The notes below the pieces were generated by a model. It was given only the letters and a program-made list of their open reading frames with translations, was not told where the DNA came from and searched no databases. Position numbers and translations under genes: made by a program. A stretch of DNA of 64,000 nt from the human T2T-CHM13v2.0 reference genome, Homo sapiens. Positions 37,670 through 49,809 of this stretch are shown piece after piece (within the stretch, counting starts at the first letter, position 1; every line of letters begins with the position of its first letter). The stretch is from assembly GCF_009914755.1 (NCBI RefSeq), contig NC_060927.1; one strand, given 5' to 3'.

Positions 37670-37986
37670 TGGGGGGTCTCCAACCCCCAGCACTGGTCTG
37701 CCGCCCGTTGGGAAGGAGGCCACAGAGCAGGAGGCGAGTGGTGGCAAGCTAGCTTTACTGCCTTAGCTCCGCCCCCTGTCAGATCAGCAGAGGCATTAGA
37801 TTCTCATAGGAGGGCCAACCCTATTGTATGCGCATGTGAGGGATCTAGGTTGCATGCTCCTTATGAGAATCTAATGATAAATGTAATGTGCTTGAATTTT
37901 TCCAAGACCATCCCCATCCTTTGGTCTGTGGAAAAATTGTCTTCCACGGAACCAGTCCCTAGTGCCAAAAAGGTTGGGGACCAATG
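37670..37986. mobile_element. MER1B (hAT-Charlie)
   Basis: ggggtctccaacccc...agattctcataggag...gtgccaaaaaggttggggacc; degenerate 8-bp TSD ctatactc/ctatacaa. Confidence 0.9.
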
Positions 37987-38040
37987 CTATACAAGACGAC
38001 TTTCCCCAAAGGACACAGCCATCATATTCACCAAGGTCAA

Positions 38041-39025
38041 TGGTGTGGCACTTGCAATTCATTTGTCAGGTGTTCTGGGCAGTGGTTTCCCCTGGGTAGT
38101 GGCCTCAGCAGGGAGATACGCCCCATCCTTCCCAGATTGGCCCTGAGAAGGGAAGTAGGCTCCACTTCCACACCATTCCACAAACCTGCCCTTCTCACTC
38201 CTCTCAGTGCTCTGAGAGTGGGGGCTCCTCTCCTACATAAGTGCAGACCACAGATCCTAGCTCAACACTCCCAACCTATGTCCCCAGCCTGGAGGCTCCG
38301 GGACTGGCCTGCAGCTTGGGGTTGAGTTCCAGATGCCCTATGGAATTTAAAATGCTCTCAGGTCACCAGGAAAGTATTCAGTTGCCCCAAAGCACCCAGA
38401 CTGGACAATGGAGGCTGCACTGTGCACATATCCCTGCAGGATGGCCAGTCAGGGGACCTGGGAGGGGCTGACTAGGAGGAGGGCCTTCAGAATAAGCATG
38501 CCCTTGTCTGATGGGGAAGTCAATCCTGCTCTCTCTTTGCCTGCAGTCAACTGGAGCCAGAACTTCTCAGAGGGAGATGGGGAGTCCTGGTGGATGTGTG
38601 CCTATGGCCACCCTCTGCCAGAGCTGCTCCGTGCTTAAAAGCCCCTGGGCTCCAAGTGGGCTGAAGCCCTACCTCTACCTACTCTCCAGGCACATCCTCC
38701 TGCCAGCTCAAACACCCATGGAAGAAGTGGGGGCTCTGTAGCTAGGATCCCAGAGGTCTGTAGTGAGAGTGAGCTGTATATCAGTCCCTTCATTCACTCC
38801 TTGCCTGGGAGCTGTTGAAGGCCAGGAACTAGCCCTAGCATTCAGGTACCCCAATGTTCCCAGCTTCCTCCCTCTTCAGCCTCTGAGTCTGCATTGCTTC
38901 TCCATCCGCTCCAGGTAATTTCTCTCTGAAGATATGCTTAAATTACGTTGGTTTATTGGATATTTTGGTCTCTCTCAGTGGAAGCAGCACTTCCTGGCTA
39001 TGTCTAGTTGGCCATCTTATCCCCT
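38041..39025 (-). mobile_element. L1P4/L1PREC2-type 5' UTR (5' terminus at ~39020)
   Basis: Reverse complement starts AAGATGGCCAACTAGACATAGCCAGGAAG (YY1-site L1 start); GC-rich. Confidence 0.8.
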
Positions 39026-39186
39026 TCTTTTAATTTGATGATTTTGTAATATTACATTTGAAGATTCTAAATCCAAGTCTCTTTTTTCCTATAAATGTCA
39101 GTTATATTTACGTTTTCTATAAATGCAGATTATAAATAGCCTAAATCTTGAAATAGATACAAAAGTTAAGCAAATGTGATATAATA

Positions 39187-39255
39187 TTAGGTTGGTGCAA
39201 ACATAATTGCCGTTTTTGCCATTACATGCAAAAACCACAATTATGTTTGCACCTA
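39187..39255. mobile_element. MADE1 (Hsmar1-derived MITE), palindromic
   Basis: ttaggttggtgcaaacataattgccgtttttgc...gcaaaaaccacaattatgtttgcacc. Confidence 0.9.
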
Positions 39256-40194
39256 TATAAATATATAGGAATGAAAAAAATAAATAGAAAATTATATTGA
39301 AGAAAGATATGCAAATGAATATAAGGCAGTTTCATAGAAGTTCCTGGGGGAAATTTTGCATTTATATATAAATGCAAATGTCTATATATATTCCACAACA
39401 TCTAGGATAAGGATTTCCACTTAGTGGAGAGTCAGTCCTATGCAATTAATTGAATGTCTTATCTCAAATAACTTTTGCAAGAAATTAGCATTTAGTATAC
39501 AAGCACTACATTTTGAGCCAGTTATTTTTTTACCTCTTCAAATAATCAAATGAATGAAATCAAGTAAGGACTCTCATATATGAGGACTATAAATAACATA
39601 TTACTACAGCAATGCGTATTTTTTCAAGATTATTTAAATGTGAACACATTTGTCCCTATTAAAAAAAGTCAATTTAGACTTAACAAATTAACTTGGGAGA
39701 ACATCAGATCAAATTTACTAGGTTCATTAAGCTTAGGGAATTAAATTTCAGAAATCTCTATTTTCGAGTAATAGATTCTAAAAGTAATATTTAGCAGCCT
39801 GTCAAATATGTGCTTCTTTATCATGTAAATTGACATTAGAGATCAGGAAAAGAGACTAGTATTAGTTTTTCTCTTTCTAGATTCACCATGTGTTTATAAT
39901 TTAAAATTTTAAGAAAATAGTAATGAGCATGAATCCTCTATAACTTCAGCTTTACGAAAATCTAAAAGCACAATTTTGTTGCTCTATTACCATTCTAGAT
40001 TCACCAGCTGTTTCTTGATTGGTTGTATAGCTACTAGATTGCATTACTTACCACAAAATTACAAATATTTGTATAATATTGGTTTTCGTATTAAGAACAC
40101 ACAGAATTCTTTTTGAGTTTTTCTTCAGTTTCCTGAATTTTGTGACAGAAGCAATAAATACAGAGGAAGTTATTATTGTTATGTAGTATTTTTA

Positions 40195-40494
40195 AATTAT
40201 TATTATGTTTTAGAGTCAGAGTCTTACTGTCACCCAGGATGGAGTATAGTGGTACCACCATAGTTCACTGCAGCCCCAAACTCCTGAGCTCAAGCAATCC
40301 TCCAGCCTCAGCCTTCTGAGTAGCTGGGACAAAAGTCATGTGCCACCATGCCTGGCTAATTTTTTTGTTATTTTTTTAGAGACAGGGTCTTGCTTTGGTG
40401 CCCAGTCTGGTCTCAAACCCCTGGCTTTAAGTGGTCCTCTCACCTTGGCCTCCCATCGTGCTGGGATTACAAGCCTGAGCCACAGCACCGTTTC
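40195..40494 (-). mobile_element. AluJ (Jo/Jr-like)
   Basis: Diverged dimer with catagttcactgcagcc..aactcctgagctcaagcaatcc. Confidence 0.9.
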
Positions 40495-41487
40495 TAGTAG
40501 TATTCTGATGGATTTTAAAGTAACTCTGAGAGTGTAAGAAATTAAAATAGCATGCAAGTGGAAATTATATTTATGTTTAAAAATAAAGAGACACACATAA
40601 TGAAATCACAAAGGCCTTACTGTCTGTCAAGGGCACAGATAGATAACGGTACTCAATCACAGTATTTCTGTTTTTAGTCATAGCTCTTTCAGTTGTCATT
40701 TCCTTTATGGGAAACTATTGACTAGATTGTGAAATGCTAAGACGGGTGTGACATTCTTATCTTCCTAAAAAGCAGTTGTTGTGATTTTATCTTGACATTG
40801 CCTCCTTTTCACTTACTTTCTCTTTCTTTGATTAGACATTGCCTATATCTAAAATAACTAGAATTTACTGGCTCCTAAATATAAATATTTTTTATTTGTG
40901 ATACCTGAATCAATGCATTTCAAATAAAAATCAGTTAGAAGACAACATAATTTTAAAAATGGCACCAGATGTTATAAAGTTCTGGCCGGTTGGACTGTAT
41001 AAATTGGGGCTTCTAAGTGCAACTCCACCTCAAAATGACAAACAAAACTTGTAGTAATAATTTTTCAATATCCATTTTTATCCAAGGTTTTCTGGTTTTA
41101 GAGAGAAGTTGATAATTATTTTTCATCATTCACTCTTTAGATAAAAGCCATGAAATATGGTAGAGTGAACTGGTGTAGAAAGTCTAGGAAATGAACTGCA
41201 TATGACATGATATAGAATGACAGACTGTTTCAGTATTTCATATATTCATTTGAATAGTAAGACTTTACCTTTCCTTAAAATCACTATTTATGAATTACCT
41301 TTTCTTCTGGCATGTGACTAAACATTATCAAACTTGAAGGTAGATACATAACTGGACTCATTGGAAAATGTTCCATTTCAGTGGAAGTGTAGGTTGTCAG
41401 TGGCCAGCCATCTCTTTTCTTGCTTCTTAGATGCATGTCCGTGATTGCAATAAGTTTGGCTACCCCCAACCCATGGTAGCTACAAAG

Positions 41488-41519
<32 letters not shown>

Positions 41520-41532
41520 TGTGTGAGTGTGT
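41488..41532. repeat. (TG)n microsatellite
   Basis: Interrupted TG run. Confidence 0.92.
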
Positions 41533-41840
41533 TGTGATCAGGGGTTGGGAGTTAGGGAATATGAGCATTGTGGAATCCATGTAAGATAGCATCATATCTT
41601 TTTCAGTAAAATGTCATAGAGTATAAAAGATATTCATGATTTAGGTATCATCTAAGTCATTCATGTTGCCTTGTTCCTGTCCTGGCAGTTATCAGAGTAT
41701 CTTACAACATGCCCTGCATCTAGTTTTTCTCTTAATATATACACGCGTGCCCTCTTGGGAAACAATTTTGTACACACAGGGGCCAATATAACACTCAAAT
41801 TATGTCAGGTTTTTTTGGTTTTTTTGTTTTTTGTTTTTTG

Positions 41841-42000
41841 GAGGTAATGTGGCACAGTGAACAAAGCACAATCTAGACGTAGACTCAAGACACACAACTT
41901 CATAGCTGTGTGAATTTAGATTTGTCATTTAGCTCCCCAAGTCAAATTTGCCTCTCTATATAATGGTAATTAGTGGTACTTCTCTTAAGCCGTATATATC
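41841..42000 (+). mobile_element. MIR
   Basis: gtggcacagtgaacaaagcac...tagctgtgtgaattt...ctctataTAATGG. Confidence 0.65.
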
Positions 42001-42016
42001 TTAGTGGTTATATATG

Positions 42017-43567
42017 CAGGCACATGCAGAAAATACTGTGGTTTCTATTCCAGACCACCACGATAAAGTGAATGTCACAATAAAGATAGTCACACAAATA
42101 GTTAGGTTTCCCGGTGCATATAAAAGTTTTGTTTACACTATACTATAGTCTGTAAGTGTATAATAACATTATGTCTGAAAACAATGTATGTATTTAAAGT
42201 AGTTTAGTGCTAAAAAAAATACTATCAATTATCTTAGCCTTTAGTGAGTCATAATCACTTCGCTTGTGGAGGATTTTGCCTCAATGTTGATAATTCCTAC
42301 CTGATCAGGGTGGTAGTTGCTGAAGATTTAGGTGGCTATGGCAATTTCTTAAGACAAGACAGCAATGAATGTTGCTGCATAGATTGTCTTTTCCTTTCAA
42401 GAAACTTATCTCTGTAGCATGCAATGTTGTTTGATAGCATTTTGCCTAGAGGAATTCTTTCAAAATTGGAGTCAATTCTTTCAAACCCTATTGCTGCTTT
42501 TTCAACTATGTTTATGTAATATTTTGAATGCTTTGTTGTCATTTCAATAACGTTCACAGCATCTTCACTAGGATTAGATTCCATCTCATGGAATACATTT
42601 TATTTGCGCGTTTGTAAGAAGCAACTCCTCATCTGTTTAAGTTTTTTTTTTTTTTTTTGATGCTGATTTTTTTTTTTAATTATACTTTAAGTTTTAGGGT
42701 ACTGTTTAAGTTTTATCATGAGATTGCAGCAATTCAGTCACATTTTCAGGCTCCACTTCTAACTATCTTGTTATCCACCACATCTGCAGTTACTTCCTCC
42801 ACTGAAGTTTTGAATCCCTCAAATTCATTTATGAGTGTTAGAGTCAGCCTCCTCCAAACTTTCATTAATGGTGACATTTTGATCTCCTCCAATGAATGGA
42901 GTGGTCTTAATGACATCCAGAATAAAGCTGCTTTACGTTCTCATCATTTGTGTGTTCACTGAAGTAGCATTTTTAATTTCCTTTTAGAACTTTTCCTTTG
43001 CCTTCACAACATGGCTGACTGGTGCAAGAGGCCTTTCTTTCAGCCTCTCTCGACTTTCAACAAGACTTCCTCACTAAGCTTAATTATTTCTGGCTTTTGC
43101 TTTAAAGTGAGAGACATGCAACTCTTCCTTTCATTTGGACACTTAGAGGGCATTTTAGGGTTATTAACTGACATATTTTCAATAATGTTGTGTCAGGGAA
43201 TAACGAGGTCTGAGGAGAAGGAACAAGATGGTGGAATGGCCAGTTGGTAGCATAGTTAGAACACACACATTCATCAGTTATGTTTGACATCTTATATAGG
43301 CACAGTTCATGGCTACCCTAAATAAATACAAGAGTAACATCAAAAATCACTAATCTCAGATCACCACTGCAAATATAATAACAATGAAAAAGTTTGAAAT
43401 ATTGTGAGAATTACAAAAATGTGATACAGAGACACAAAGTGAGCTCATGCTGTTGGAAATATGACACCTGTAGTATTGCCACAAACCTTCAATTTGTAGG
43501 AAAAAAAAGAAAGAAAAAAAACCTATAAAGTGCAAGAAAGCAAAGCACAAAAGGTGAGTCATTCCTG
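42017..43567 (-). mobile_element. Tigger1 DNA transposon, internally deleted, both ends present
   Basis: caggca...ttccagaccac terminus and ...cctg|ta terminus; ORF 42336-42584 (EDAVNVIEMTTK..YYINIVEKAAIGFERIDSNFER) is the transposase C-terminus; ~1.55 kb versus ~2.4 kb full length. Confidence 0.92.
42646..42701 (-). mobile_element. Ultra-short L1PA2-4-type 3' stub
   Basis: Reverse complement TACCCTAAAACTTAAAGTATAATT-A11-TCAGCATC-polyA; TSD ctgtttaagtttt at 42633-42645 and 42702-42714. Confidence 0.85.
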
Positions 43568-44086
43568 TATTTAAAAAATCAGGCATATAATGAGAAATGA
43601 CTTATTAATTGTTATATCTATTATTGAAAACAAAGGCCATTTTATTTGTGGGGATCATGAACGAGTGCTACATTGATTGCAGCAGTTTTCCCATATGTTT
43701 CTACAACCTCGTTCTCATGGACTATTAGGAATCTACAGATCTGTGCCTATCTGTTGTCATTTTGAATTTCCTTTATTCTGTGTGTCTATGTGCATAGAAG
43801 CATGAGTGTAAATGTATATTTGTATTTAGTAGTTATCAATCTCTTGCTTTTTACCCAACTGGAGTAGATATTACATTTTAAAAATCATGCAAAAATCTGG
43901 CCATATATTAATATATTATTATTTTTTAAAAACCTGATTAAGTGATTATTGAACATTTAAAAGGAGCCTATCATAGATCTCAGTGTTTAAATTTTATAAA
44001 TATTTGAAAATTCAAATATGCCTTTTATATACCACTTCGGATACATCATTTCTCTCAATTATTCTAAACATCTTCTTTTTTGAATT

Positions 44087-44404
44087 TTCTATGGTCTGAA
44101 TGTTTATGTTGCCTAAAAATTCATATGCGGAAATCTTCACTCTCAAAGTAATGGTATTAGGAGCATAGCCCTCATGAATGAGATTCATGCCCTTACAAAG
44201 GATGCCCCCTTCACCATTTTGCCATGTGATGTTAGAGTGAGAAAGCTGCTGTCAATGAGGAAGCAGGCCCTCACCAGACACCAAAACTGTCTGTTTCTCG
44301 ATCTTGTACTTTTTATCCTCTAGAACTGTGAAAAATAAATTTCTGCTCCTTATAAGCCATCCAGTCTATGATACTGTGTTATAGCAGTCAAACAGACTAA
44401 GACA
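44087..44404 (+). mobile_element. MLT1A/A0 solo LTR
   Basis: ctatggtctgaatgttt...ccctcaccagacacc...tagaactgtgaaaaataaatttctg...gactaagaca. Confidence 0.88.
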
Positions 44405-44595
44405 GGGCCTAACATTCTATTCCTACCTTCCTAAAATGTTTAAGAACAGACAGACATCTTGATAGCTTTTAACAAATCAGCTTGTTCTAGTTTTAGGAAA
44501 ACAAACAAAACTCAACAAGACTCTCTGTTCTACACACTGTCTGTGGTTTTCTTCTTTCTATAAACACCATCTTTGCATTTGTTACCAGAGACAAT

Positions 44596-44686
44596 CTTTC
44601 TTTCTTTCCCCTCCCTCCTTCCCTCCCTCCTTCTTTCCTTCCTCCCCTTACCATTCCTTCCTTCCTTCCTTCCTCCCTCCCTTCCC
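44596..44686. repeat. (CCTT/CCCT)n polypyrimidine repeat
   Basis: About 90 bp almost purely C/T. Confidence 0.9.
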
Positions 44687-44849
44687 ATACAGACATTCCA
44701 TTCTTTCTGTTAGTAGAAGTAACATTGGGAAACTTAATGTGTGTCTTTTGACCATCAGGTCACTGTCATTAAAGTATACAGTGACAGGGAATCTGGTCTC
44801 TATTGAGACAACTTGCTGTTGTCTGTATTTTCTTTTGATTGGCACCTAT

Positions 44850-45142
44850 TATAGAAGCAAGGAAGTGGGGTTTGATGGGAAGAATGTCAGACTGCAGTGA
44901 AATTCTCAGAAAGCTTTAGTCATGCTGTTGACTAAAGTCACCAGTTACTAGAATAGTGCATCTAGTAGTAATGGACCAGCACTAATAGCCTTGCTGTGCT
45001 CAGACAAGCTAGAAGTAGCCTGTGGGACATATGGCTTCTATAAATGCTGCAGTAGATCCAAAGGGGGCACTTACATGGTATTGTAAGTCAGCTATGTTCT
45101 CTGCACCAGGTGATTTGGGTGGTGCTCTTTCATGACCACCAT
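44850..45142 (-). mobile_element. LTR16-family (ERVL) LTR
   Basis: tcagactgcagtg...gctgtgctcag...atgctgcagtagatccaaaggg...catgaccacca. Confidence 0.65.
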
Positions 45143-45359
45143 GCCCCCATTGCAGCAGTAGCCACACTAATTTATGCCTTGGCATATATTGTCCTAACTT
45201 TATCTTTTCTGTGGGTCCCTAATGCAATAGAAGCCTTAAAACTTCAAAACAACTCCCAAAAATTCTCAATCCACTAGGTTACTGCCTGTGGAATTCTGTT
45301 ATTGTTGACTTCCAAAATAAGTAATAAAAATAAAGAGTTATGCTATTTTTTTCTAATGA

Positions 45360-45475
45360 AAAGTAACATCTTGACTGCTTAACAGATGTTCAAAATCTAA
45401 GTATTAATATTTCCCATCCTGACTTGACTGATACGTCCCTAGACAATGCTGATATGGTACTATTTGTTCATGTGG
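45360..45475 (+). pseudogene. Class I ERV pol (tether/RNase H start) fragment
   Basis: Translates ...DCLTDVQNL...HPDLTDTSLDNADMVLFV, resembling gammaretroviral HDC...RPDL.D.PL.NAD..LFVDGS. Confidence 0.55.
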
Positions 45476-45519
45476 TTAAGAATGGACTTTCTGAGTCATA
45501 GAAAAGATTCATATTTCAC

Positions 45520-47430
45520 TCTCACTTGTAATATTAAATCGTTTTATGAAGTAGTGGAACCAATTTACACTCTTATCAGCAATGTATGAAAATTCCATTT
45601 AATCCACATCCTTAACGACACAAAAAATATTATGGAGGGTGTGTGGTGATATTTCTTTCTTTTTTTTCTTAAAAATTTTTTATTGGTAAACAATAATTGT
45701 ACATATTTGTGGGTTACATGTAATATTTTGATACATGCATATAATGTGTAATGTTCATTAACCTCTTAAGAATTTCATTTCCCTGATGACTAATGAAGTT
45801 AAATATTTTTCATGTATTTTTGGCCATTTGAATACCTTATTTTTGAGAATTCACTTGCAACTCTTTTGGAAGTTTTTAGCGTTTTTTTTTTTTTCTTACT
45901 GATCTGTATGAGTTCTTTTTATATCTTTGTTAGGATTCTTTGTTGGATATATGAATTGGGAATAACTTTCATCTGTGTAGGTTGCCTTTTCATAGTTTTT
46001 ATCATTTCTTTTGACGAACAGAATTTCTTAATATTAATATTGTTCAATTTATCATTGTTAAATGTGTGGTTTATAATTTCGGGGTCCTGTCAATTAACTG
46101 TCTTACTCTCTCAAACTGTATTAGTTTACTTTAATACTTAGGTCAGAAATTCCTATGGAATTAATTTTTGTGTTACAGTGGGAGGTAGGGCTCAAGATAC
46201 ATATTTTTCTCTATGGGTATTAACTTGACCTATTACCAATTTTATTTAAAAAACTATCCATTTATTCACACCATTTTGCAATGGAGTTTTTGTCACATAT
46301 TATGTGATGTGTGTGGATTTGTTTATGAACTCTATATTTTTTATTTTTCTATTGATCAGTTTGTAACTTTTTGGGCCAATGTCCCTTGTTTATCAATTTA
46401 TAATAGGTTTATTATGGGTCTAGATATCTAATATGTATGCCATTCAGCTTTTTAAAATCTTCTTTGATCTCACAATAGTTATTCCAGGGCTTTTCAAAGC
46501 CAGTTGTATTTTCACATAAAATTTAGAATCAGTTTGTCAATTTCTAAAAAAATTTCCCAAACTTGTTAGAATTTTTATTGCCTTTATGTTGAATGAATAG
46601 ATTAATTGACACTGGGAAATTATATCTTTATAATATTGTCTTCTAACACAGAAACATGTGTCTTGTTCCATTAATTTATGCCTTTTTTATTTCTCCCAGT
46701 AATGTTTCATAATTTCAAAATGGAAATCTTACACATCTTTTGTTTGCTATATTCCCAGTCAACATTTTTGTGCAATTTTAAATGACATCATGTTTTAAAT
46801 TTATTTTTGCTTAATGCTAGTATGTATGTATTTACATATATACATGTAAACATACACAAATACATACAAAATGTATATAACGTATTTTGTATTTTGATCT
46901 CGTGAGCAGTAACAATGCTTAAACTATTTGTAGTCTAATACTTTGTAGATTCTTTTAATTTTCTAAGTATATAATCCTATAATTTCCAAGTAATGAAAGC
47001 TTTATTTTTTTCCTAGTATTTAATCTCCTTTCTTTGTTGCTTCCCTTCCTTTCCTCTCTCATTCCCCTTCCTCTTCTGTCTCCTTTTTCTTCTCCTCTCT
47101 CCTCTCCTTCCAACATTTCTTCCTCTGGCTTGAACGTCGAGTACATTAGTGATAGAGGCATTCCCAGTATCATGAGAAAAGTATAGTGGTTTCTGTAAAA
47201 TTTTTTTGCATATAGTCTTTGTTTATTTTTGTAGTTTACCGAGAATTTTTTTATCCAAATGAATCTTGAATGTTGTCTTTTTCTGCATTTACAGAGATGA
47301 TCATATTATTTATTTTCTGCTAATCTTGTGATGAAATTTATTGAGTTTTGAATTATACATTTTTGCTATAATCCCTACTAAACTGTGATATATTATCCTA
47401 TTTATTAGTCATGGATCCATTTTTCTAATA
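45520..47430 (-). mobile_element. Old L1M ORF2 fragments with a short L1MA 3' end nested at ~45660-45755
   Basis: accaatttacactcttatcagcaatgtatga; ORF 46955-47173 ending KIKLSLLGNYRIIYLEN (RT LFADDMI.YLENP region). Confidence 0.75.
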
Positions 47431-47959
47431 TTTAGTAAAATATTAGAGTTGAGTTGACTAAAGGAATGTCTAAACAGTCCTAATGTGGGTAAAGGTCCAG
47501 ATCTGGGCTAAATAAAGTCAAAGCATGAAAGGAAGGCAGTAGCAGCGATCACACTGACAAGAGCACATCACTTACATTCTACAGGTAACATTTCAAGTAT
47601 ATATATAGTTTTAACCCACAAATAACTACAAGTGACTTTTCTGACAGCTTAGCTTCTTCAAGGGAGAACTGTTCTTCTCAATAACTTTCAGTAAATCAGC
47701 TTAACCAAGGAAAAGAAAACTAAAATTATCGGCGAATTTAGCTTTTATAAACTCTGTTTTTGTTTGAAGAAATCATCTTTACATCACTTGTCTCCTTCAG
47801 ATATGAGTAAACTTTGGCTGTAACTAGCTTAGTGTCTTAAAATTATTCTTTGACATTTTATCGTTTACTCATTTTGACATTTAGTTGTTATTTGATTATT
47901 AACTTTTACTATCACTTCATAGAATACAAACTGAGAGAACAGGGAACAAAACTATTTTG

Positions 47960-48040
47960 CTAACTGCTCTATGCCCAATGTCCCGAAGAATTTATAATAC
48001 CTGATACATGCTCAATAAATATTTGTCAAATGAATAAATG
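47960..48040 (+). mobile_element. L2 3' terminus
   Basis: atgctcaataaatatttgtcaaatgaataaatg. Confidence 0.65.
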
Positions 48041-49809
48041 AGGATATAAGTTAACAATAATATGACATTAGAGAAGTTTCTTACATTTTTGTGACATGAG
48101 CAATCAGAGAACTGAATTTGATATTTGTACGTGCTTTTCCAGTTGTAAATACACACACAGACACAAAGACATACACACACACACACATACATTTTATGAC
48201 CTACAAGCATGAAATTTCAGCTTTGCGAAGATTAATAGATGCAAACTTTTCAACACTCATATGAGTATCTTCTGTGCTTAAGGAATTTAACTTGAAAACA
48301 TGTGTTTAAAAACGATCTTTATAGAATACTTTGTGCAAATAATATTTAATTACAAACACATTGCTAATAACTGCCTGCTGTAATTCCTGGCATATAGGAG
48401 GCCCTAATGTGAGTAATTAAATTCTTGTTGGTAAAAAGTAACCATTACATCCCTTACCCACCATGAGCCATATCCCTTTTCTCTAGAGAATAATCATGAA
48501 GTCAAATGTACAAATTGTGAAAGTAACAACTGCTAAGAGTTTGCTTTTACAATTATTATTATATATATTGTAATGGGGAGACATGTAGCAACCATAAGGT
48601 ATTAGGCATTTGAACACAAATCAGTAAGATCAATATTTATGCATCCATGTAACAGATTGAACCGAGAATTGTTGAAAATAACCATTTCAGGAAAGAAAAT
48701 ATACTATTAGTTGATAACTTTAAAAACCTCAATGCGTGCAGTTAAAAGGTTGAAATCGCTGTGTATTTGTGTAGCATACAACTGTCAGACTTGAAAGATT
48801 TTCTAGCATTTTATTGATGGATATACACAATAATGAAGAATATAGACATGGCTTTAGTAAAGAGAATGAAATACACCTTCACCTTCTAGGTTGGCTGAGT
48901 GGAAATTATATTCATACTTACAGTTTAATGCTAATGAGAATTCGAAGACAAAGTCAGAGAAATAGGCTAGCATTATCTGTTGTATCTTTTTTATGTACTA
49001 TGAAAAAGTGGTCCTGGTACCACATAAACTTACAACAACAATTTAATTAAACTCCAAAATACATTTCCCAATCTTTTGCAGCTTAGAGATTTAGACCTCA
49101 TGCAGAAGACAATATATTAATGTAAGTCTAAATTTTAGTCCCATGTGGAAAAATTAATAGTCAACTGATTTTTTCCAAAATGTTTTAGCTGTTAGCTATG
49201 GGAAAAATGCACATAACGATAAAGCTAAATATATCTCACATTTCATCCTTCATATAATTTTTGTTTATGAAGATTCTATGGAGGTATTTATCTCAATTTT
49301 AAAATAAATATCTTCACAATCAACATCTATAATAACAAACTCTACATAAATGATAGTTTAACCCTTCTGTGATCTTCATTTTTTTTCTTAATAAGGGGCC
49401 AAACATATCTTTCTCCTTGTAGAAATCTTTATCTGGCCTATGCTGGCCACAAAATATCTTCTTTTGCTCTTTGGATCATGCTTACTGAGAAAATTTTGAA
49501 ATTATGGAATAAAAATAATATATTTATTTATATAATGTGTGAAGATAAAATTTGGGGAATGACTGAGTTTATCAAATAACTGTGTAAGAAATAGTAAATG
49601 ATATACTCTGATACAATAGAAGTATCCATTTATGTTTCCCTCCCTGTGGAAATTCATGAAGCCTATAGTGACCGTCTGACTAACAGAATCCTGCTACTTT
49701 ATGAAGCTCCTTGCTAAAGCCAGGGAATTGAGCCCAGTCAATGGCACTGATATATTCTAAGGGTTATTCCCACATAATGAGGACTCTCACACTACTTTTA
49801 TATTAAGCA

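Larger units (their letters stand above)
36690..38040 (+). mobile_element. L1P4/L1PREC2-type 5' UTR end and ORF1 N-terminal two-thirds
   Basis: ORF 36866-37234 (MRKSQCKNSGNSKNQS...FRIWMAKKLIEIQEKVETQSKE); LQEIWDYVK-like sequence at ~37485. Confidence 0.88.

Noticed and set aside
39875-40006. 14-bp direct repeat ttctagattcacca about 118 bp apart as a TSD
   Set aside because: No poly(A) tail or recognisable element between the copies.
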